In this document: in pieces, positions 10,764 to 19,006 of the stretch | How the letters are laid out: the number at the start of each line of letters is the position of its first letter | Numbering within the stretch: position 1 is the stretch's first letter | Source of the DNA: Candidatus Bathyarchaeota archaeon | Lineage (GTDB): Archaea; Thermoproteota; Bathyarchaeia; Bathyarchaeales; Bathyarchaeaceae | Reading direction: 5' to 3' | Length of the DNA: 64,000 nt | Assembly: GCA_004376295.1 (NCBI GenBank) | Contig: SOJZ01000005.1 | Coordinates: forward strand, 33,914-97,913 | The notes under the pieces: model-generated | What the model was told of the DNA's origin: nothing | What the model saw: the letters and a program-made list of their open reading frames with translations, nothing else | Databases searched by the model: none | Made by a program: the position numbers and the translations under genes

Positions 10764-11639
10764 TCATTTTAAGGGTTTTGTTGCTGAAACGTTGATGCTC
10801 GTGGTTGAGATTAGAGTCTCTTTTACTATCTCTTTTGATTCTTCGTCTAGTTCAGACACGCTTTTCAATTCTTGAGTATTTTTGTTGGAATTGGCAACGA
10901 TGACTCTTGCGTTAGGGTCATTGACAATGTCTTCGAAGGAATATTGCGTTTCTTTTATGATCTTTACATCTTGAAACCCCGCTTGTTCTATTGCCTCTAT
11001 GTATTTGTCTTTCATTATTGCCCCTTTGACGCAACTAGCTGGATGTGCTCTCTTCTTTATGGCTTCTGGTAGCTCCTTGAGCAAGACTATGTCTGAAACC
11101 ATTAATCTTCCTCCAGGTTTTAACGCTCTGAATGCTTCTTTGAAAGCTCTCTTCTTCTTTGGTGAAAGGTTGATTACACAGTTTGAGATGATCACATCAG
11201 CAGTGTTGTCTGCAACAGGGAGATTTTCGATCTCCCCGAGTCTGAACTCCACGTTCCCATAGTTGCCTTTTCTAGCGTTTTCTTGTGCCTTATCTATCAT
11301 TTCAGGTGTCATGTCCACACCGATGACTTTTCCTCTTTCTCCAACCTTTTTTGCTGCAAGGAAGCAGTCGACACCCGCACCTGATCCAAGATCAATGACC
11401 GTTTCGCCTTCTTCTAGGGATGCTAGTGCGACAGGATTTCCACATCCAAGACAAAGACTGGACCCTTCAGGAATAGATTTTAGCTCTTCTTCGGTGTAGC
11501 CCATTTTCGTGCTTAGTTCTTCGTACGTAGTAGGACTGCCACAGCATGAAGTTGTCGGGCTGCAACAAAGTCCCTCTTTGGCTATTTTGGCGTATCCTTC
11601 TCTCACATTTTTCCTTGTCTTCTCTTCTTCCAAAATCAA
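10764..11639 (-). CDS. arsM: arsenite S-adenosylmethionine methyltransferase
   Basis: N-terminal CC...CC, LGCGNP, DLGSGAGVD, ISNCVIN, SCVKGA. Confidence 0.9.
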   Translation of the reverse strand: MILEEEKTRKNVREGYAKIAKEGLCCSPTTSCCGSPTTYEELSTKMGYTEEELKSIPEGSSLCLGCGNPVALASLEEGETVIDLGSGAGVDCFLAAKKVGERGKVIGVDMTPEMIDKAQENARKGNYGNVEFRLGEIENLPVADNTADVIISNCVINLSPKKKRAFKEAFRALKPGGRLMVSDIVLLKELPEAIKKRAHPASCVKGAIMKDKYIEAIEQAGFQDVKIIKETQYSFEDIVNDPNARVIVANSNKNTQELKSVSELDEESKEIVKETLISTTSINVSATKPLK

Positions 11640-11666
11640 TACCCCTTTCTTGTTTTCTTGTTGTCT

Positions 11667-12029
11667 CTATTCTTTGCCGAGTGCCCTTTTTGCTTGTCCC
11701 TTTAGTTCTCTGATCTTCTCCACTGTTGGCATTACCTTCCGAAATAGATCTTTGCGAGCTTGTATTCCCTCTTTGATAAAGAATGCTGCAGCTTCGGATC
11801 TACTCTTAAAAGCTTCAACCTCAACAAGAGCATCTATCTGTTTCAGGTCTTCGTCGTTCAGTCTTGTCATGACTACGTTACTTCTGCCCTGCATACATGC
11901 ACCTATTTTCATGAGAACCTTTTCTTTGATCTTTTCTACATCCTCACCTTCTGGGCAACACGCCATCACCACAACCTTTTCGCTTTCTCTATGCTTCATT
12001 TCTTTCTTCTTTCCTTTTTCTTCACCCAT
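11667..12029 (-). CDS. ribbon-helix-helix (CopG-like) transcriptional regulator with N-terminal CC motif
   Basis: VVMTRLNDEDLKQIDALVEVEAFKSRSEAAAFFIKEG is an RHH pattern; directly upstream of arsM. Confidence 0.75.
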   Translation of the reverse strand: MGEEKGKKKEMKHRESEKVVVMACCPEGEDVEKIKEKVLMKIGACMQGRSNVVMTRLNDEDLKQIDALVEVEAFKSRSEAAAFFIKEGIQARKDLFRKVMPTVEKIRELKGQAKRALGKE

Positions 12030-12054
12030 TCATCTCACCCATTTTTTAGAGACT

Positions 12055-12075
12055 TGTATTCTGTAATTTGTAATA
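12055..12075. promoter_or_regulatory. three tandem heptamers TGTATTC-TGTAATT-TGTAATA, candidate RHH operator
   Basis: Lie between a TATA-like stretch (~12083-12094) and the start of the RHH gene. Confidence 0.45.
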
Positions 12076-12141
12076 CCGATATAAGATATATAAACGTTTC
12101 GTTACAAGTTGCATGTATTTGGTCGCTCTGATCCTTAATGG

Positions 12142-13353
12142 CTATTCCAAAGTTTTCAGGTAGGTCTCCAGTTTTGTTTTCACTTGGTATTCGTCGTAGT
12201 TTCTCCAGTCGGATGAATCCACGTCGAGAATGAGGCTTGGCACTTTAAGTTTCTTGTAGATCACTTCTTTCACGATGGTTTCTCCTATGGACATCATTCT
12301 GCATCCCCAGTTGGTAGGGAGGATAATCAGATTGGCGTGAAAGTCTTTTGCGAGGTTAAGGATGAGGTCGATTTTTCTTTCGATGCCGCAGTTGGCGAAG
12401 TTTGGGAGATATTTTCTGGCTAGGCTTTCTAGGGGTTTTGAGGGGTTCAGGCTTCCGGTCCAAACGTGGGAGAAGGTTTCGGCCACAGTGATTGCGCCTA
12501 GGTTGTTTAGGTAATTGAAGAATTTCAGGTTGAACCACATGGGTAGGTTGTCCCAGATTAACCTATATCTTTCGTTTTGGATTTTGCCTATGCCATTTTT
12601 TGCTAGTTCTTTGACTTCGTCTCGTAGTTTTTCGTAGAAGTTTACTGCTGTTTGGGTGGCGGGTATGCAGAGCATGAAGAAGATGGCTGAGAAGGCGTCT
12701 CTGGCGCCCATGGGTGTTGGAATGTTTTTTCTGTAGTCTTGGATTTCTAACCAGAGGTTGCTTGTGTGATCTGACAGTGCTATGGTTTTTCGTAGTTTGT
12801 TTTTGTCTAGTGGTTTGTCTGTTTGTTTTTCTAGGAAGGTAGTTAGTTCTTCTAGTTGCGAGACGTATTGTTTTATGTGGTGGGTTTCGAGGTTTTCTGC
12901 GTCTGTGCCGGCGGTGTTGTAGGGTGTGTCTAGGAGGAATAGTGGACGTTTTAGGTGGTGGCTGAGGACTTGGAACCATTTTAGATGGGTGTCGCAGGCA
13001 GCTGTTGATGCCACTAGGAAGTTGGGTTTTGGCATGCCTCCTTCTGGAAGATCTTGGTTGCTTTCTGTTAAAATGGAGCCGATTACAGTTCTGGCGTAGG
13101 AGCATAGGTCTCTGGAGTAGCCGTGTCTTTCGGCCACTTCTGCAAGGGGTACAGAGACTTTTCTTGCTGCGCATACTGAGGCGTAGTTTTCGGGCCATAT
13201 GGGGGTGATGTCCATGGCTTGGAGGATTTCGACTGGGAAGGTTGAGGCTACCCAGGCGATGGGTTTGCGTTCTTTTTGGCTTTTGTGGGCATTTTGGTAG
13301 TATGGGTGTATGTGGTTTTGGTAGAAGCCTTGGAGTGTTTGTAGTCTTGTCAT
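12142..13353 (-). CDS. 2-hydroxyacyl-CoA dehydratase / benzoyl-CoA reductase subunit (HgdA/BcrB-like)
   Basis: WPENYAS, DLCSYAR, ACDTHLKWF, WGCR, LILDVD. Confidence 0.88.
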   Translation of the reverse strand: MTRLQTLQGFYQNHIHPYYQNAHKSQKERKPIAWVASTFPVEILQAMDITPIWPENYASVCAARKVSVPLAEVAERHGYSRDLCSYARTVIGSILTESNQDLPEGGMPKPNFLVASTAACDTHLKWFQVLSHHLKRPLFLLDTPYNTAGTDAENLETHHIKQYVSQLEELTTFLEKQTDKPLDKNKLRKTIALSDHTSNLWLEIQDYRKNIPTPMGARDAFSAIFFMLCIPATQTAVNFYEKLRDEVKELAKNGIGKIQNERYRLIWDNLPMWFNLKFFNYLNNLGAITVAETFSHVWTGSLNPSKPLESLARKYLPNFANCGIERKIDLILNLAKDFHANLIILPTNWGCRMMSIGETIVKEVIYKKLKVPSLILDVDSSDWRNYDEYQVKTKLETYLKTLE

Positions 13354-13355
13354 AG

Positions 13356-14474
13356 TTAGGGGACTCCTTTTATTGTTTCTATGAAGGCTTCAATTCTTGT
13401 TTTTATGGGGGCTATTCCGCTTCTGGTGTGTTCCCATTCGAGGTTTAGGACTGGTATGCCTTGGTTTTTCAGTTCTTCTGTTAGGAGAGGGGCGTCGAAC
13501 ATGTGGGTGTCGCAGAATTTCAGGAGGAAGTTGATGACGGCTTCGACGTTGTATTGTTTAATCATGTTTTTGATGTGGTTGAATCTTTCTTGATGATGGT
13601 ATCTGGAGGGGGATGGGATTTTGTTTAGGTAGCGTTTGGAGATGGCTTTTATGGGGTCTTTGTCTGTACGGACGAGGTTCCAGAAGTATCTTGTTCCCGT
13701 GCATAGGTCGTCTGCTACTGCGATTCCACCAACGGTTTCGATTATGTTTAGTAGGTCTGTGATGTCCATCATGCTTCCTGTGATTAGGAGTCTTACGCCG
13801 GGTTTTGGTGGGTCTGAACGGTTTTCTATTTCTTTCAGCAGTTGTTTCAGCAGTTTGTTGTGCTCTTTCTTGGGTGTTAGCATACTTGATAGGACGATTT
13901 CTAGGGCTTCTGCTCCGCTAATGAGGGGTGGGTCCTTTCTCCTTAGGTCATAGACTTTTTTGAGGAGGTTTCTGTTTTCATTGTAGAGTTGGATTGTGCG
14001 TTGGATTGTTTTGTTGGTTATGGTGGTTTTGAAAGTTTCTTCTAGGGATTTTTTGAATCTTATGATTTCTTGGTGGAAGAATTCATGAGCCTTTGGAGTG
14101 TTTGTGTGGGGGGTGTTTATGAAGTGGAAGTAGGGGATTTTTGCGTGGTATCTCCAGAGGTCGTAGGTTTTGGTGAAGTTATCGCAGGAGTTGGAGGTGA
14201 CAAGACCGTCTAGATAGGCGTAGTCGCTTCTCAAGGCTAGGTCAAAGGTGCTACGGGCGAAGGAACAGGCGTTGCGAGGTAGGAAGGCGTCCGCCAAGGT
14301 GGTGGGTTTCATGCTTCCTACGATTCTGACTGGTAAGGCACCTATGGCGTTGATGATTTCTTCTGGTGTGTAGGTGCTGTTCCAGCCTATGACGGGTTTG
14401 TTTTGGCTTTTCCAGTTCCCTGCGATGCTGTGTCTTTTGGAGAGCATGTTTCTGAAAGACTGTAAAATCTGCAT
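13356..14474 (-). CDS. 2-hydroxyacyl-CoA dehydratase / benzoyl-CoA reductase subunit (HgdB/BcrC-like)
   Basis: TPEEII, ACSFAR, SCD, DDLCTGTRYF, KFCDTH, TRIEAFIE. Confidence 0.88.
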   Translation of the reverse strand: MQILQSFRNMLSKRHSIAGNWKSQNKPVIGWNSTYTPEEIINAIGALPVRIVGSMKPTTLADAFLPRNACSFARSTFDLALRSDYAYLDGLVTSNSCDNFTKTYDLWRYHAKIPYFHFINTPHTNTPKAHEFFHQEIIRFKKSLEETFKTTITNKTIQRTIQLYNENRNLLKKVYDLRRKDPPLISGAEALEIVLSSMLTPKKEHNKLLKQLLKEIENRSDPPKPGVRLLITGSMMDITDLLNIIETVGGIAVADDLCTGTRYFWNLVRTDKDPIKAISKRYLNKIPSPSRYHHQERFNHIKNMIKQYNVEAVINFLLKFCDTHMFDAPLLTEELKNQGIPVLNLEWEHTRSGIAPIKTRIEAFIETIKGVP

Positions 14475-14595
14475 GATATAGACACTCAGATTTGGGATTG
14501 TTGTTAAGAAGGAGGCTTAACTCTTAAACAATACGATTGCAGAAGACCATCTCGTTATGAGTTGTGTGACATACATGCTCAAATCCCCATAAACA

Positions 14596-15564
14596 CTAGC
14601 TCTTCTTCTTCAGATACCTGTTCTCCAAAGCCTTCAACAACCCAGTCAAAACAATATTCACAGGCGTCTCAACCCCATACAGTTCTCCATAACCCGCAAT
14701 AGCTCCACTCAAAAAATCAACTTCAATCCTCCGCCTACTCTCTACATCCACCAACATAGAAGGCTTATGAGCCCCACCCTTCTTCAAATAACCAGTAAAC
14801 CTGTCAAGCGCATCCTCACCGAAATCATAACCATCCGCTTCAGCCACCATCAACCCCTCCTCAAGCACTTTCACTGCAACATCACGACTAAACCCAAACT
14901 CCATAGCCCCTTTCATAGTCTGCCCAGTCAAAGCACAAACCGAGCACAAAGCAGAATTCAAAATCGTCTTCTCCCACACATGCTTCTTAATGTCTGGTGC
15001 CTCTTCGGTCTCTAACCCAGAAACTGTCATAATCTCAGCAATGTACTTCGTCGTCTCATCAGTCGTATACCGTCCACTCTTGAGAGCACCAACATAGTTC
15101 GGAGGCTGAAACCAATTCATCTTTGCACTACCAGAGCTCACCAACTCCCCAGCGTAATTAATCACCACACGATAAGCAGTATCAATCCCCAAAGTCTCAA
15201 CAGCAACCCGCTCATTATCCAATCCGTTCTGAAAACTAACAACACTCATTCCAGCCTTATACACAGACTTGAGCTCAGCCAAAACAATCCTCAGAAAACA
15301 AGCCTTCGTCGCAACAAAAACAATGTCAGGCTCAAACTCAGCCAACTCAGCCAACGAACCCACAACTTTGTCAAACCGAGCAGCCAACTCCCTAATTCCA
15401 GAAACCCTCAAACCATCCTCCCTAATCTTGACCAAAAGCTCTTTGGCGATATCCTCCACAACCACATCCACCCCACCCTTAGCTAAATGAGCAGCCAAAA
15501 TGGACCCAACAGGACCTAAACCGATAATCCCGACTGTCGGCCTTTTCATGGGCACATCCCGCAA
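14596..15564 (-). CDS. panE: ketopantoate reductase family protein
   Basis: GLGPVG Rossmann motif, VATKA, FQNGL, WEK, SMLVD...EVDFLSG. Confidence 0.8.
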   Translation of the reverse strand: MRDVPMKRPTVGIIGLGPVGSILAAHLAKGGVDVVVEDIAKELLVKIREDGLRVSGIRELAARFDKVVGSLAELAEFEPDIVFVATKACFLRIVLAELKSVYKAGMSVVSFQNGLDNERVAVETLGIDTAYRVVINYAGELVSSGSAKMNWFQPPNYVGALKSGRYTTDETTKYIAEIMTVSGLETEEAPDIKKHVWEKTILNSALCSVCALTGQTMKGAMEFGFSRDVAVKVLEEGLMVAEADGYDFGEDALDRFTGYLKKGGAHKPSMLVDVESRRRIEVDFLSGAIAGYGELYGVETPVNIVLTGLLKALENRYLKKKS

Positions 15565-15611
15565 ACTACATTACGCCACACATCGTTTAAAAGCATGTTT
15601 GCAGCGAGGTT

Positions 15612-17561
15612 CTAGGATTTAGCGACTTTAGTTATCTCTTCCAGCGACTTTGGATTTTCCAGCGCTGATGTGTCGCCCAACTCTTTTCCAAGCATAACAG
15701 CCTTCATCAATCTTCTCATAATCTTGCCAGACCTTGTTCTAGGTAGATCGCCAACAAAGCTGACATCTCGCGGTCTGAAAGGCTTACCCATATACTTGAC
15801 AACCTCTCCTACAAGTTCATCCCTCAACTCTTGGCTGGGTTCATAACCAGGCTTTAGAACAACGAGGCACATTACCTCTTCGCCTTTGATCTCATGGGGT
15901 ACGCCTATGCACGCGGACTCGTAGACTGCTAAATGCTGGTTTAGAATGGACTCTATCTCCGCTGGTCCAATTCTTTTCCCAGCCACCTTGATTACGTCGT
16001 CAGCCCTTCCATGAAGGAACCAGAAGTCGTCCTCGTCGATGGAAGCCCAGTCCCCATGATACCAAACGTTGGGCCACCTAGACCAGTAGGTCTCAATGTA
16101 TCTTTTTGGTTCTTTCCAGAAGCCCCTCGTCATGGATGGCGCTGGCTTTTTGCAGACTAGGTAACCAACCTCGCCTCTAACTGGTTTTCCCTCGTCATTA
16201 AATACGTCTATGTCCATGCCTAACCCAGGGCCTCCCAATGTTGACGGCTTAAGGGGCATGACCGGTAATGGCAACAGGAAGCAACCGAAGATTTCAGTTC
16301 CTCCAGAAAGATTTATTATTGGACATTTTTCTCCGCCAACTGTTTTGTGAAGCCAGAGCCAAGTGTCCGGGTCTATGGCTTCCCCAGTGTTTCCAAGCAT
16401 TCTTAGGCTACTCAAGTCATGAGCTTCAACAAATTCATTTCCATATTTCTTCAACATTCTGAAGACTGTTGCAGAGCCTCCTAAAGCCGTGACCCCGAGC
16501 TTTTCTATCATGCTCCAAAGCCTATCTGGCTTAGGATAGTCGGGGGCGCCCTCAAAAATCAGGTGGGTTCCACCCAAATGTTGAACCCCAATAATCTGCC
16601 AGGGTCCCATCATCCAGCCGATGTCAGTGATCCAGAAGAAGACATCAGCCTCTTTTAAGTCGAGGTTGAAATGGATTTCCTTTGAGCTTTGGAGCAGGGT
16701 GCCCGTTTGAGATATCACTGTTCCTTTTGGTTTGGCTGTGGTGCCTGACGTGTAAAGCAAGAGTGCTGGAGCGTCTGAATCCATTTTCTCGCTTTCACAT
16801 TTTGCCGGTTGTTCCGCGACCAGCTTATGCCACCATATGTCTCTGCCTTTTGTCAATGGAACTTCGATGCCCATCCTCTTGCAGATGATCACCTTTTCCA
16901 CGTTTTCAGCGGCCTTAACTGCCTCATCAGCCATTTCCTTAAGTCTAACAACCTTGCCTCTCCGGTAATAGCCGTCTGCTGTTATGAGGATCTTGGACAT
17001 CGCGTCCTTTAATCGTGTGGACACTGCGGCTGGGCTGTATCCAGAGAATATTGGCACGGCTATGGCGCCTATTTTTAGAATTGCAAAGAGTGAAATCACT
17101 GTTTCCGGCAACATGGGAATACAGAGGCTTACGGTGTCTCCCTTCTTAACGCCCAGGTTTTTTAGAGCGTTGGCAAATCTGTTGACTTCAAAATGCAGGT
17201 CCCAGTAGGAATATCTCTTTTCTTCACCGTTTTCGCCTACCCAAATAAACGCAACTTTGTTCTTTCTCCACGACTTTGCATGTTTGTCAAGGCAATTGTG
17301 TGTTATGTTCAATTTACCCTCAATGAACCATTTGGCCCACTGAACTTCAGACGCATCTAAAACTTTCTTGTATTTCTCAAACCACTCCACGTTTAGCTCT
17401 TCAATTGCTGCATTCCAAAACCACTCAATGTTTTCTGTGGAGCGCTTAATCAAATCTTTGTAATCTTTTATTCCATGTTTATCCATGAACTTCTTCACGT
17501 TGCTCTTTTCAACAAGCTTTTTCGGAGGATACCAAATATAGCTCAATTTTTTCACCTTCAC
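15612..17561 (-). CDS. acs: AMP-forming acetyl-/acyl-CoA synthetase
   Basis: LNITHNCLD, YTSGTTAKPKG, DIGWMMG, GRADDVIKVAGKRIG, PRTRSGKIMRR. Confidence 0.88.
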   Translation of the reverse strand: MKVKKLSYIWYPPKKLVEKSNVKKFMDKHGIKDYKDLIKRSTENIEWFWNAAIEELNVEWFEKYKKVLDASEVQWAKWFIEGKLNITHNCLDKHAKSWRKNKVAFIWVGENGEEKRYSYWDLHFEVNRFANALKNLGVKKGDTVSLCIPMLPETVISLFAILKIGAIAVPIFSGYSPAAVSTRLKDAMSKILITADGYYRRGKVVRLKEMADEAVKAAENVEKVIICKRMGIEVPLTKGRDIWWHKLVAEQPAKCESEKMDSDAPALLLYTSGTTAKPKGTVISQTGTLLQSSKEIHFNLDLKEADVFFWITDIGWMMGPWQIIGVQHLGGTHLIFEGAPDYPKPDRLWSMIEKLGVTALGGSATVFRMLKKYGNEFVEAHDLSSLRMLGNTGEAIDPDTWLWLHKTVGGEKCPIINLSGGTEIFGCFLLPLPVMPLKPSTLGGPGLGMDIDVFNDEGKPVRGEVGYLVCKKPAPSMTRGFWKEPKRYIETYWSRWPNVWYHGDWASIDEDDFWFLHGRADDVIKVAGKRIGPAEIESILNQHLAVYESACIGVPHEIKGEEVMCLVVLKPGYEPSQELRDELVGEVVKYMGKPFRPRDVSFVGDLPRTRSGKIMRRLMKAVMLGKELGDTSALENPKSLEEITKVAKS

Positions 17562-17630
17562 GTGTGATTTGTTAATTTCAGATGTGTTTTCTCGAGTCTT
17601 TCACCTTTTTGGCTTTCCCACGAATCTCGG

Positions 17631-17745
17631 TAGGGGTCCATAGGGGCAAGCTTGATATATGCTTTTATTCCGATTGGCTTCACATACGCGAATTTTATCT
17701 GAAGCCCATTGGAGTAGGCCTCTCGCACACGCACGCAAAAATAAT
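17631..17745 (+). repeat. degenerate copy of the G-string intergenic repeat
   Basis: TAGGGGTCCATAGGGG ... CACACGCACGCAAAAATAAT resembles both halves of the copies at 22817, 41478 and 44081, with a longer spacer. Confidence 0.45.
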
Positions 17746-17754
17746 CTGAACGTT

Positions 17755-18339
17755 CTATTTCTTCTCAGGCTCGGTTTTCTCGAAATCCTCAAACACTCTC
17801 TTAAGCTGTCGCTTCATAGTCCGCAAATCATGACTCAAACCAAAATAGTCAGCAAAAAACCCAGTCGTCCGTAACAATCTAGTCCGACCAACCCTCTCAC
17901 GAGAAATCAAACCCATACTCTCCAACTGCCTCAAATGACCATAAGCATGATGACCCCGCACATCAACAACCTGAGGCTGCAAAACAGGCTGTCGATAAGC
18001 AATGTAAGATAACGTCTTCAACGGGCCCTTAGAAAGAAGCGGCCGAATCGCCAACCTCTGAACCTGAGGTGAATATTCAGCCTTTAACTGCAAAACAAAC
18101 CGTTTATCCTCAAGCTCCAAGATTTCAAGGGCGGTTTCACGATTCTTATACTCTTCCATAAGAATGCTTACCAGCCTCTGAACCTTCCTCTTAGAACGAG
18201 TCTTAATGATAGATCCTAACGTCCTGAGATCCAGAGGACGCCCCGCCACATAGAGAGCAGCCTCTAATAAAGCTGAATCACGTTTCAACTTCTCTTCGCT
18301 AAGTAGCTCAGATGATTTCCGCTCTATCTCCTCCAACAA
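17755..18339 (-). CDS. scpB: SMC-Scp complex subunit ScpB (kite)
   Basis: LEAALYVAGRP, LKTLSYIAYRQPV, VDVRG, TTGFFADYFGL. Confidence 0.93.
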   Translation of the reverse strand: MLEEIERKSSELLSEEKLKRDSALLEAALYVAGRPLDLRTLGSIIKTRSKRKVQRLVSILMEEYKNRETALEILELEDKRFVLQLKAEYSPQVQRLAIRPLLSKGPLKTLSYIAYRQPVLQPQVVDVRGHHAYGHLRQLESMGLISRERVGRTRLLRTTGFFADYFGLSHDLRTMKRQLKRVFEDFEKTEPEKK

Positions 18340-19006
18340 CAGGACCCTCTGGGACAGTTATGAAAATTTCGCTAGAATCTTCCTCCTGCCATAAGGCGAC
18401 TTTACCTGTTTGCGCAAGGAAGAGAAGAGTAATGAACGTTTTGATTGCTTCCAATTTTTCTAGTCCAGCTATCACCTTAGAAAAGAATGCGAGTTTTCCT
18501 CCACTTACAAGTTGTCGCAGAAGACGATACAAGCTCTTCATCTTCTCCTCAATCTCCATCATGTACAAATCGACTGGAGGAAGAAAATCCGGAGGAGGCG
18601 GCAAGATAGGTTCCGAACGTGGTTTCAATCCGAATAAGCGTTCACCCGTTAGCACTTCATCCAGCACCGTTAACAAATGCTGAATCGTAGTAGATGTCAA
18701 TTCGTAACGAAGAGGGAGAAACAAAGGAGGAGGCGAAAAATCTGGTGGAGGCTTGGGAGGAAGCGGAGGCTCCTCTAGCTTCAGCAGAAGCTTAGACTTC
18801 ATAAGATATATAGTGGCAGAAGAATCAAGCGCCACCCCTGAAGCCCTAAAATCGACCTCCCCTCTTTTTTCCATCTCATTCAAGAAGGATGTCAATAGAA
18901 ACGAAATGCTGATGTTCCATGGCAATATCTTCTGCAATTTATCAAGTTCGAAGAGTACGTTCAAAGGAGGTTGAAAATAGAATGGTTTTTCAATGGACGA
19001 CGACAT
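18308..19006 (-). CDS. scpA: SMC-Scp complex subunit ScpA (kleisin)
   Basis: PWNISI...DFRASGVALDSSATIYLMKS N-domain; TFITLLFLAQTGKVALWQEE C-terminal wHTH; between smc and scpB. Confidence 0.88.
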   Translation of the reverse strand: MSSSIEKPFYFQPPLNVLFELDKLQKILPWNISISFLLTSFLNEMEKRGEVDFRASGVALDSSATIYLMKSKLLLKLEEPPLPPKPPPDFSPPPLFLPLRYELTSTTIQHLLTVLDEVLTGERLFGLKPRSEPILPPPPDFLPPVDLYMMEIEEKMKSLYRLLRQLVSGGKLAFFSKVIAGLEKLEAIKTFITLLFLAQTGKVALWQEEDSSEIFITVPEGPVVGGDRAEII

